This document shows, one piece after another, positions 19,221-27,618 of a stretch of 32,811 bases of DNA; the first letter of the stretch is position 1, and every line of letters begins with the position of its first letter. The notes beneath the pieces were generated by a model. The model saw only the letters and a program-made list of their open reading frames with translations. It was not told the origin of the DNA and made no database searches. The DNA is from Promethearchaeota archaeon (lineage in GTDB: Archaea > Asgardarchaeota > Lokiarchaeia > Sigyniarchaeales > SOKP01): positions 1 through 32,811 of the forward strand of contig JBHLON010000036.1 in assembly GCA_048940445.1 (NCBI GenBank). The letters run 5' to 3'. Position numbers and translations under genes: made by a program.

Positions 19221-20591
19221 ATGGAAGAAACTTCAAGTATCTTTGATCTTGCTTTAGTTGGATTAAATACCGCTGAAAGAAGGGGTGGAAAGCTTGCTGA
19301 AATATTCTTCTCCCTAAACGATTATATTAATATAGATATTGAGGAAAACTCTATAAAAAACAATGAATATGGGAGTGACTATGGAGTTGGTATCCGCATA
19401 ATCAATCAAAAAGGGTCCTTAGGATTTTCATTTACGAATAGATTAGAAAAGAAGTATGTAGAGAAAATGGTAAAAGATGCTCTTAGTATGATGAGAGCCG
19501 GAACTGACGATCCTGACTTTAAGAATTTGCCTCCGAAATATGAAAATTATAGTCTTGTTAAGGGGTTATATGATAAAGATGTAAAAGAACTTACCATAGA
19601 AGAATCAGTCAAATATATAGAAGATTTAATTAAAATTTGTGATGAGGATGAATTTGCAATTTCCCAGTCTGGAAATTTTTCCTCTACTTATTCAAGAGCC
19701 TTCATTTTTAATACAAATGGTTTAGAAGTTGATTTAAAAACCACAATTTGCTCTTTATCTTCTCATGTCATTGTAAAAGATAAAATAACAAAAGATATTT
19801 CCTTCGGTTTTGAAAATCAGATTTCTAGGACACTTAAGGAAATTATTAGTGAGGAGGTTGTTAAAATAGCCTTAGACTGTGCTAAAAGGAATTTAAATAG
19901 GAAAAAAGTAACAAGTGGAAGATTTCCTATAATACTAACTCCCAGGAGTGTTATTAGCTTCATTTTAAGACCATTAGCTTCAGCTATAAATGCAGAAACT
20001 TTCCAATATAAACGTAGTTTCCTTGTTGATAAAAGAGGGGAAAACATTGGTTCAAAACTTTTAAACATTGAAGATAATGCATTAATTGATGGAGCTGTAG
20101 GATCAGCAAGTTTCGATGGAGAAGGAGTCCCTTGCAAGAATAAGAAAGTTATCGATCAAGGCATGTTTTTACACTCAGGATTACTTCATAATAGTTATAC
20201 AGCCGCAAAAGAAGGTGTTGAGAACTCTGGAAATGCAATACGTAATTCCTATAGTTCTCTTCCCAGCATAGGAGTCTCAAACTTTATTCTTCAACCAGGA
20301 AAATCATCGAAAGATGAACTAATTAGAGAGATCAAGGAAGGAATTTATTTAGATTATACCGGAGATAGACCTAATATCTCTACTGGTGACTTCTCTGGAT
20401 TAATTCTTCAAGGAAATCTAATAAAAAATGGTGAACTCTTAGATCCACTCAATGAAACGATGTTTGGGATTAATCTATTAGATTTATTTAATCATATTGA
20501 AGAGATTTCTAAGGAGATTAAAATTTATGGACCTTATCAGGCCCCATACGTAAAAATTGCAGACGTTCAAATTATTGGAAGTGCATCTTAA
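19221..20591 (+). CDS. pmbA: PmbA/TldE subunit
   Basis: Directly follows tldD. FDGEG, GNAIR, TGDFS; lacks HExxxH as expected. Confidence 0.9.
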   Translation: MEETSSIFDLALVGLNTAERRGGKLAEIFFSLNDYINIDIEENSIKNNEYGSDYGVGIRIINQKGSLGFSFTNRLEKKYVEKMVKDALSMMRAGTDDPDFKNLPPKYENYSLVKGLYDKDVKELTIEESVKYIEDLIKICDEDEFAISQSGNFSSTYSRAFIFNTNGLEVDLKTTICSLSSHVIVKDKITKDISFGFENQISRTLKEIISEEVVKIALDCAKRNLNRKKVTSGRFPIILTPRSVISFILRPLASAINAETFQYKRSFLVDKRGENIGSKLLNIEDNALIDGAVGSASFDGEGVPCKNKKVIDQGMFLHSGLLHNSYTAAKEGVENSGNAIRNSYSSLPSIGVSNFILQPGKSSKDELIREIKEGIYLDYTGDRPNISTGDFSGLILQGNLIKNGELLDPLNETMFGINLLDLFNHIEEISKEIKIYGPYQAPYVKIADVQIIGSAS

Positions 20592-21112
20592 GCAGTTATA
20601 TTTAACCACAAATATAAGATATTATAAAATCTATCAACTCCTGAAGAGAGAATTTCCCATAATTCTGCAATAATACTCTGATTTGCTCCCGGCTGAGAAA
20701 ATGATACATTTAACATTTCAGACATCCAGAATTGATTATTAGACAATGTTACTTTAGAAGTATTGTAATAGGACTCTGCACCAATCGATCCTGTTGATGT
20801 TAAAATCGTTTCATTATCCCCTCTTAAAATCTCTACTTTAAAATTGAAATCCCGATTTAAATGGTTTTCAACAGACACATAAAAAGAGACAGTTTCATTG
20901 ACTTTTGCATGTGTTGGATAATTTTCTGCTTTCTTCTCCTTATTTAATAATCCAAAAATTACAAAACCAGGTTCAGGAGTCAAAATGTAATATATTATAA
21001 ACCCGGATACAACTAGAATCCCTATAATTATACTTATTTTAACGATGGTCCCTAATTGCTTTCGGTTTCTTATATTTTCAAATTTTTCTTGTCTTTTTTC
21101 CTCTTTATACAT
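20588..21112 (-). CDS. DUF1616-like membrane-anchored protein (single TM + extracellular beta domain)
   Basis: One TM, then GLLNKEKKAENYPT...VENH...LYLWLNIT. The ATG at 21112 is preferred over 21130. Confidence 0.65.
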   Translation of the reverse strand: MYKEEKRQEKFENIRNRKQLGTIVKISIIIGILVVSGFIIYYILTPEPGFVIFGLLNKEKKAENYPTHAKVNETVSFYVSVENHLNRDFNFKVEILRGDNETILTSTGSIGAESYYNTSKVTLSNNQFWMSEMLNVSFSQPGANQSIIAELWEILSSGVDRFYNILYLWLNITA

Positions 21113-22166
21113 TTTCTCTGAACCATGCAATAGTCTTTTCTAAACCTTCTTTCAAAGGAGTTGTTGGTTCCCAATTTAATATCTTTTTTGCTTTAGATAT
21201 GTCTGGACACCTTCTGATAGGATCATCTATAGGTAATGCCTTAAATATAATATTCGATTTAGATTTAACCAATTCTTTTATAATTTTAGCTAATTCTAGA
21301 ATTGTATATTCTTTATTATTGCCTAGATTAATTACTTCTCCAACAGCTCTCTCATTATAGACCATTTTTAAAATTCCTTCGATTTCATCAACAACATAAG
21401 TAAAAGATCTTGTTTGAGAACCATCTCCAAAAATAGTGATATCTTCATCATTTAATGCTTGAAAAATAAAGTTGGGAATAACACGTCCAAATTCAGGACC
21501 ATGCCGTATTCTAGGACCAGATGTATTGAAAATTCTTACTATCTTTGTCTTTATTTTGTGTTGAAGTTCATAAGCTTTAACAAAAGCCTCCCCAGCCCTT
21601 TTAGATTCATCATAACAAGATCTAGGTCCAACTGGATTCACATGCCCAAAATAATTTTCTGAGGTTGGAACAGCTTCACTCGGGGGATTTCCATAGACTT
21701 CAGAGGTGCTAGTATAAAAGAACAGGGCATTATGAGCCTTAGCAATACCCAAAGCATTCATAGTTCCCAGGGTATTGCTCTTTAATATTGGAATGGGATA
21801 TCTCTTGAACTCAAATGGCGATGCTCTACTCGCCATATGCATTACTATATCTATTTTATTAATATCACCAATACAAACTCCTCTGGGATGATGAGTTAAG
21901 CCAAAATATATTGGTTCGGATATATCGTGATTTAAAAATCTAAAATTATCTTTATCCATCAGATGGGCAATATTAGCAAATCTCCCGGAAGATAAATTAT
22001 CTAAACAAATGCAATACGCCCCTTGTTTGATTAACACATCACAAACCCAAGAACCCAAAAAACCTGTACCACCCGTAACTAAAATTGTTCTATCTTCAAA
22101 ATTTATGCTTTCTTTTCTAAGACGATTTATTATTTCATCTACATCTTGATTTATGCTGTAACTCAT
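21105..22166 (-). CDS. UDP-glucuronate decarboxylase (UDP-xylose synthase)-like extended SDR
   Basis: TGGTGFLG, HMASRASP, STSEVYG, RSCYDESKR, RIFNTSGP, GSQTRSF, DDPIRRCPDI. Confidence 0.9.
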   Translation of the reverse strand: MSYSINQDVDEIINRLRKESINFEDRTILVTGGTGFLGSWVCDVLIKQGAYCICLDNLSSGRFANIAHLMDKDNFRFLNHDISEPIYFGLTHHPRGVCIGDINKIDIVMHMASRASPFEFKRYPIPILKSNTLGTMNALGIAKAHNALFFYTSTSEVYGNPPSEAVPTSENYFGHVNPVGPRSCYDESKRAGEAFVKAYELQHKIKTKIVRIFNTSGPRIRHGPEFGRVIPNFIFQALNDEDITIFGDGSQTRSFTYVVDEIEGILKMVYNERAVGEVINLGNNKEYTILELAKIIKELVKSKSNIIFKALPIDDPIRRCPDISKAKKILNWEPTTPLKEGLEKTIAWFRENV

Positions 22167-22311
22167 CTAGAATAACCTATAGAAGAATGCCTATCCTATC
22201 TTATTTTTGTATTAAAAATTATTATTTTCTTTAAGATTTTTGTTTTCCTTATGAGTCTGTAGCTTTATTAAAAAAACAAAAAATCAGAGGTTTTTCTTCC
22301 AGAGATGACTT

Positions 22312-22932
22312 TTATAAGGTTCGATTTCCACAATATTGACAAAACTTTAATTCTAACGGATAAAGTCTACCACAATTCGAACATTTTTTTAAAGAACTTT
22401 TTAGAATCTCTCTTCCAAGCATTTCAAACACAGCTTCAACATTCTGACCTGTTTTTGAGGATGTACCAATAATCTCACCTTTAAAATTATATTTGAAATG
22501 TATTTTTTCAGCATCTTCTTTAGTAACTTCCCTTTGATCCTCTAAATCAAGTTTAGCCTCTACTAATATCTTTGTTTTAGGAGAATTAGGAACAGAATTA
22601 ATCACTTTTATCCAATCATATAAATCTTTCAAAGATTCTCTATTTGTAATGTCATATAAAATTAACGCTCCCGACGCACCAGAGACATAAGAAGGTAATA
22701 GAAGTCTGAATTTCTTCTCTCCAGCGAAATCCCATTTTAACTGATTTATTGAATAAATAAATCATATATTAAGTAGGATTTCGGTATCATCAACTATTAC
22801 CTTTTTTGTTTCAAAATCCACGCCAATAGTAGACAACGTTGATTTATCAAACTTTCCAGTAGCATAGCGCCTAATGAGAGATGTCTTTCCAACATTTTTA
22901 GCTCCACAAATTACAATTTTGAACTTTATCAT
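22312..22932 (-). CDS. Rab/Ras-like small GTPase with C-terminal Zn ribbon. Two exons (22932..22766 and 22735..22312), 196 aa after removal of a 30-nt intron
   Basis: From the ATG at 22932: MIKFKIVICGAKNVGKTS (G1), STIGVDF (G2), LLNI-[insert with in-frame TGA]-WDFAGE (G3), LILYDITNRESL, EAKLD (G4-like), TSSKTG (G5), CSNC...CQYC. The ORF track shows only the 3' fragment 22312..22632. Confidence 0.88.
22736..22765 (-). other. Putative 30-nt BHB/BHL-type intron in a protein-coding gene
   Basis: RNA AUGAUUUAUUUAUUCAAUAAAUCAGUUAAA. Intron helix UGAUUUAUU/AAUAAAUCA (9 bp), 3-nt bulge AUA, central helix UAAU/GUUA (4 bp), AAA opposite CU, exon-exon helix CGAAAUCCUA/UGGGAUUUCG (10 bp). Cuts AU^A and AA^A restore AAU AUA UGG GAU (N-I-W-D). 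Confidence 0.78.
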
Positions 22933-23126
22933 TTCTCAATATTACCTTTAAATAAATTGTATCTGAGTTTATTTCAATATAATATTATTAATATGAATAA
23001 ATAATTTTATGTTTTCTTTTTTAATTGATTTTAAAAGCACTAATAAATCATTTATTAATTGTCAAAATAAATTTAAGTTATAATCTAATTAATTATATTG
23101 AGTAATCCTATATGAAATGAGTGAAT

Positions 23127-23576
23127 ATGACTCAAGAATCATGGAAATATCTAATAAATGGTAGTTATGTGATGTTAGCCTCTTTATTTTTACCGATTGG
23201 TTATACTTCGCTATGTTGTCCTACAACTCATACTTTCATATGGATGTTTTGTACAGTTTCGGTAGGCAATACCGTAGGAATTACTTGGTTTCTTGAAGGA
23301 CTCCCAAATTTTTGGTTCTTTTGGTTTTATTGGATGCTCTTGATTCCATTCCTAATTATTATAGTCAGTTCGCTTATTATAATAAAGTTAGCAAGAATGA
23401 TTAAACAAGGGAAAATAGTCAAAAAAGAGATATTTACATTGATAATTTTTTTTCAAATTGTGGCTCTATTAATAAATTTGGGTGCCATTTTTGGTCAGGT
23501 ATTTTTTGGATATTTGTCATTTTTATTTGCATTAATCTTACTAATTAAAGGTAACAGAAAGTTACATAAAGAATAA
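23127..23576 (+). CDS. Hypothetical multi-pass membrane protein (paralog 1 of a tandem pair)
   Basis: About 4 hydrophobic segments. N-terminus MTQESWKYLINGSYVM matches the next gene. Confidence 0.7.
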   Translation: MTQESWKYLINGSYVMLASLFLPIGYTSLCCPTTHTFIWMFCTVSVGNTVGITWFLEGLPNFWFFWFYWMLLIPFLIIIVSSLIIIKLARMIKQGKIVKKEIFTLIIFFQIVALLINLGAIFGQVFFGYLSFLFALILLIKGNRKLHKE

Positions 23577-23605
23577 TTAAATAATTCAAAAAACAATTTG
23601 GAATC

Positions 23606-24061
23606 ATGACTCAAGAGATTTGGAAAAATCTGACAAACTGTAGTTATGTAATGATAGTGTCTCTATTAATTCCATCTCACTTTTCTATTCTTGGATTTTC
23701 TTACGGAAGATCAGGCATAACTGTTGGGATACTTCTTTGGATACATGGTTTGTTCTACTCAGGCTATGGGATAGGTTGGATTTGGCAAACAACTTATACT
23801 CGTTATATAGGGGTTCAACTTATAGATTCTCTGTATCTAATAATTATAATTGCGATAAGCTCATATATTCTCGCTCGAGTAATCAAGAAAAAGGAAGCAA
23901 TTAGAAAAAATACAGTTTATGTAATGGTTGGTTTAATAATCTTTCTACAAAGTATGTTATTGTTACTTAATTTAATCATGCGTCCCTTTTTACCATTTTT
24001 TGGTTATTTATTGTGGGTATTTGCTCTTTTTTTATTGGTTAAAACTATAAAAACTTTATAA
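23606..24061 (+). CDS. Hypothetical multi-pass membrane protein (paralog 2 of a tandem pair)
   Basis: MTQEIWKNLTNCSYVM...FFGYLLWVFALFLL, same length and layout as paralog 1. Confidence 0.7.
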   Translation: MTQEIWKNLTNCSYVMIVSLLIPSHFSILGFSYGRSGITVGILLWIHGLFYSGYGIGWIWQTTYTRYIGVQLIDSLYLIIIIAISSYILARVIKKKEAIRKNTVYVMVGLIIFLQSMLLLLNLIMRPFLPFFGYLLWVFALFLLVKTIKTL

Positions 24062-24062
24062 T

Positions 24063-26411
24063 CTAAACTTTATCCTCATTTGTATATTTATAACGACTGA
24101 TTTTAAGAATCTCTTCGGCAATTTTTTTCCCAATATTCTCAACTCGCATCAATTCTCCATAATCTGCATTAAAAATGTTTTGGAGAGATTTTAATTCTTT
24201 CAGGAGATTCTTTGCTCGAAGTGCGTTTACACCAGGTATCCCAGCTACAATATATTCCAATAGATGGTCAATTTCGATAGGTTTCTTTTCAAATCTTAGT
24301 TTTGGTTCTCCCTTCGACTCCGCAAATTCTTTTTTCGCTAATTGGAATAGAAATTTAGCCGTTTCTAAAGAATCCTTAGTCTTATAAATCAATACTCCAA
24401 GATTAAGTATAATCGAAGTAATTGCACCGTAGAGGGCATTTTCATTTATCGCAGAACTCCCAAATGGGTCACCCTCTAAAATTAATATAGGTTTCTCAAA
24501 ATTGTTTTTCAAGTCAAATAATTCATTAAATAGCCTTCCATCTTTTAGAGAATCATTAAAATCTTGGCTGGATTTTCTTTCAATACCTACTCTGTCTGAA
24601 ATTACATAATCTGCTACTTCTAGCTGTTTTAGCTTTAATTTTGCTCCCATAAGTGATAGATTTCTAACAACTGAGGAGGAAGTTTCTCTATTGTCACAGA
24701 TTATAAAAAAACCTTCACTTTCATTTGACTGGATTCTTTCTGATTGAATAGTCTCATTATTTTCTCTATCATTCGTTTGTGAATTTTTTTTTTCAATAAA
24801 ATTTAAGAGATTAGGTTGATCATTTTTCAGAGACGATTCCGATTCTTTCATTTTTTTAAGACTCTGCCTCATATTTTTCTCTTTTGACTTTTCAGCCCAA
24901 TAATAGCCCTCGTCTCGAGTATTTTCTGCCATTAATACGTAAACCTTGCCCTCCTTTCTTCTTCCAGTTCGTCCTCTTCTTTGAATCGATCTTATTGCGC
25001 TTGGTACGACATCATAAAATATCACTAGATCACATTCAGCAATATCCAATCCTTCTTCAGCAACACTGGTTCCTACTAAAGTATTGAAAACCCCTAATTT
25101 AAAGTCTTCTAAAATACTGATTTGTTCTTTTTGAGACAAACCTTTATCATATGATCTCTTCTGTTGCCCTACAAATTTATGGGCCTTAATGATTGGGTGG
25201 TTATCTAAAAATTTTACAATATTATTAACAGAATCCCTAAAATGACAAAAAACTAAAACCCTAGAACTTGGATTTTGCATTAGTTCATGCTGTAATATTT
25301 CGACTAATTTTTCTAATTTAGGATGAATAATACCCTTTGATAAAACAGAATTTACTAAATTATTCATTCTTTTAAATTCATAGTCTCCATAAAGTTCTTT
25401 TAATGATTTATTTGCAGTGTTTTTCTTTATTTTTTCTTCAATTTTTTCTAAATAATCTTTTAATGCGTTGATACCTTGAGTTTCAATCAATTCCTGCATA
25501 TGAGAAAGTCTAATAGCGTTTGAGGTATACTTTTTAGCAGTAAATAATTGTATCTTTTCTTTATCGTCTCGAGAATTGGAAATCTTCTTGTTTATAATGA
25601 AGTTTAATTTTAATAGATCTTTTCTATTAATTTTATTAATATCTGATGAATTTAAAAGTTCTATTTGTTTTAACCATTTAAAAATAGTTCTTAATTTACC
25701 TGTAAAAATGTTACTAATTTCAAGAAATTCATTTGGAAGAACAATTTTGATCCATTCATTATCAACATTGTGGATATATGGTTTTACATCATAATCTGCA
25801 TCAGTTCTGATTTCAATATGATTTATGAACAAATTATTCTTAATTTCATTTATCTTTCCTTCCGTAGACCCAGGACTAGCTGTGAGGCCTAATATTTGCG
25901 TGTTTTTAGCAAGCTCCATGTATTTTTGAGCAATAAAACAATATGCATAGTCTCCAATTGCTCTGTGGCATTCATCGAAGATTATTAAAGATACATCCTT
26001 AATTGTGTAAAGATTGGAAATTATATCGTTTTGTAAGACTTGAGGAGTCATAAATGCGACTTTAGCTTCATTCCAGATGCTCAAACGCTTATTAGGACTA
26101 ATGTCTCCGGTTAATGCTACTAAGTTGGTTTCTGGAATATTAGTTAATTTTAAAAAAGATTGATAGTGTTGATTTACTAAAGGTTTTGTTGGAGCTAAAA
26201 AAATTGTTTTGCTATCTGGTAAATTTGAAAGTCTTTGTACAGCTAACATTAAACCTAGTATGGTTTTACCCAATCCAGTAGGAATAACTACTAAACAGTT
26301 TTTATTCAAACAATTAATAAAAATATTTTCTTGGTATGATCTTCTAATTACCGCATTTTCTTTAATTAAAGGATGGGAAATAAAGTCTTGTTTAGTAGAT
26401 ACGAAAATCAC
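24063..26411 (-). CDS. hef: Hef helicase-nuclease (FANCM/XPF-like: SF2 helicase + ERCC4 nuclease + HhH)
   Basis: PTGLGKT, DECH, TASPG, EEGLDI, QRRGRTGR; ERCC4 motifs DNRE, DY, ERKS; HhH motifs IPGV and VENIG. Confidence 0.93.
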   Translation of the reverse strand: MIFVSTKQDFISHPLIKENAVIRRSYQENIFINCLNKNCLVVIPTGLGKTILGLMLAVQRLSNLPDSKTIFLAPTKPLVNQHYQSFLKLTNIPETNLVALTGDISPNKRLSIWNEAKVAFMTPQVLQNDIISNLYTIKDVSLIIFDECHRAIGDYAYCFIAQKYMELAKNTQILGLTASPGSTEGKINEIKNNLFINHIEIRTDADYDVKPYIHNVDNEWIKIVLPNEFLEISNIFTGKLRTIFKWLKQIELLNSSDINKINRKDLLKLNFIINKKISNSRDDKEKIQLFTAKKYTSNAIRLSHMQELIETQGINALKDYLEKIEEKIKKNTANKSLKELYGDYEFKRMNNLVNSVLSKGIIHPKLEKLVEILQHELMQNPSSRVLVFCHFRDSVNNIVKFLDNHPIIKAHKFVGQQKRSYDKGLSQKEQISILEDFKLGVFNTLVGTSVAEEGLDIAECDLVIFYDVVPSAIRSIQRRGRTGRRKEGKVYVLMAENTRDEGYYWAEKSKEKNMRQSLKKMKESESSLKNDQPNLLNFIEKKNSQTNDRENNETIQSERIQSNESEGFFIICDNRETSSSVVRNLSLMGAKLKLKQLEVADYVISDRVGIERKSSQDFNDSLKDGRLFNELFDLKNNFEKPILILEGDPFGSSAINENALYGAITSIILNLGVLIYKTKDSLETAKFLFQLAKKEFAESKGEPKLRFEKKPIEIDHLLEYIVAGIPGVNALRAKNLLKELKSLQNIFNADYGELMRVENIGKKIAEEILKISRYKYTNEDKV

Positions 26412-26591
26412 CGAAATTGATGAATTTTATTATTATTCGAATATATCTTTTATTAATCTGTTATATAGTTATAGAGTCAATAGAATCTCTTAAATTATAT
26501 TGATAACTTTTTAATAATAAGTTAATAGAGGAATTTGAAATAATTGGAGTTTTAGCTAAATACGCGCGAGTGGTCTAGGCGTTATGACGAC

Positions 26592-26623
26592 ATTTTATAT
26601 ATGATAACTATGAAAAACGTTAT
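26592..26623 (+). other. tRNA intron 1 (32 nt, position 28/29)
   Basis: Central helix GACG/CGUU, bulges AC^A and AU^A, intron helix UUUU/AAAA, outer helix GGCG/CGCU. Removal yields a perfect anticodon stem. Confidence 0.78.
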
Positions 26624-26639
26624 ACGCTCACACCGTGTA

Positions 26640-26671
26640 AATCATCACTAACTAATAGTTTCGATCTCGAC
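26640..26671 (+). other. tRNA intron 2 (32 nt, position 44/45)
   Basis: Central helix CGUG/CUCG (one U-U), bulges UA^A and AC^G, intron helices AUC/GAU and ACUA/UAGU. Removal yields variable loop AGGUC. Confidence 0.72.
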
Positions 26672-26810
26672 GGTCGGGGGTTCAAATCCCCCCTTGCGCA
26701 TTCTTTTCTGATAATATTTATTATTAAATTAGGATACTATGTTTTAAACCAAAAAAGTTTTATTTTATAATGTATTCTAAATTTTAAACACTTTTTTTAT
26801 GGGATAAACC

Positions 26811-27113
26811 ATGTCTTCTTTTTTAGAGTCTCGAGAATTAAGAAAAAAATATAAAGAAGTCAGAAATTACGTTAAAGTAGGGCCTATTTTTCTGACACGA
26901 TATGAAAAAGCCAGAATAGTAGGTGCACGTGCGTTACAAATAAGTTTTGGAGCTCCCATCTTAGTAGCAAAACCAAAAAATTTGATAGATCCCATAAAAA
27001 TTGCACTTGTAGAGCTAAAATCTCAAATCTTGCCCTTAACAATCCGAAGGGAACTTCCTTCAGGTGAATATCAAGATATACCAATTATTAAACTAATTTT
27101 AAAAAAAGACTAA
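26811..27113 (+). CDS. rpo6: DNA-directed RNA polymerase subunit Rpo6 (K; Rpb6 homolog)
   Basis: [21 protein letters not shown]...ELK...[12 protein letters not shown]. Confidence 0.95.
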   Translation: MSSFLESRELRKKYKEVRNYVKVGPIFLTRYEKARIVGARALQISFGAPILVAKPKNLIDPIKIALVELKSQILPLTIRRELPSGEYQDIPIIKLILKKD

Positions 27114-27125
27114 TAACTCATTAAA

Positions 27126-27575
27126 TTACTGAGTTTTGTATTTTCCTCTCTCTGTAAGAAAATAAACAATATTACTTCCTACCTGTTCAGCTTTAATATA
27201 TCCTTTCATCATTAAATTTTCAAGAATTTTTTCTAATTCTGCTTTTTTAAAAGGATCCAAACCTAATAAAACTCTACTTTGATTAGCTATGATCGCAATT
27301 CTAGACAGAAATAATCTCTTTCCTTGAAATGTTTCAAGAATCGTAAGTTCATCATTATTTAGCCGTTCAAATTGATCATGTTCAATATACTTATCCCTTA
27401 AAGCCTTTGCTAAATCTAATGTTTCTTGGGTCACTTCCTGCTTTTTGACTTCTACATGCTTTAATTGAACCAAATCTTTAGCAACAGGTTTCTTTTTCCT
27501 TTCAGACATCTGTTCAAAATAATTTAGGATTTTTTCTTTTGATTTATCATCATTATCTTCTTTTTTGTTTTCCAT
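27126..27575 (-). CDS. Hypothetical protein with C-terminal winged helix-turn-helix
   Basis: LEKILENLMMKGYI...YFLTERGK wing motif; charged N-terminus. Confidence 0.6.
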   Translation of the reverse strand: MENKKEDNDDKSKEKILNYFEQMSERKKKPVAKDLVQLKHVEVKKQEVTQETLDLAKALRDKYIEHDQFERLNNDELTILETFQGKRLFLSRIAIIANQSRVLLGLDPFKKAELEKILENLMMKGYIKAEQVGSNIVYFLTERGKYKTQ

Positions 27576-27618
27576 AATAATACCAAAGCACTTTAAAAAT
27601 AAAAACTTATATTAATTG

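Larger units (their letters stand above)
26564..26700 (+). tRNA. tRNA-Val(CAC) with two introns; 73-nt mature form, CCA not encoded
   Basis: Acceptor GCGCGAG/CUUGCGC + A73, D-arm GUCU..UGAC, anticodon arm ACACG-CUCACAC-CGUGU after splicing, variable loop AGGUC, T-arm GGGGG-UUCAAAU-CCCCC. Confidence 0.88.

Noticed and set aside
21858-21925. Hairpin (ACCAAUAUA/UGUAUUGGU with a CGA bulge) over the insertion in the UXS-like gene as a second mRNA intron
   Set aside because: Canonical cuts would shift the frame and give an immediate stop (UCC GAA UAA). There is no good exon helix, and the ORF is open without splicing.
22762-22764. In-frame TGA in the GTPase read as selenocysteine or by readthrough
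   Set aside because: Readthrough would insert 10 residues into the core beta strand before DxxG, and the position is not a Cys site. Precise BHB-type excision explains the sequence better.
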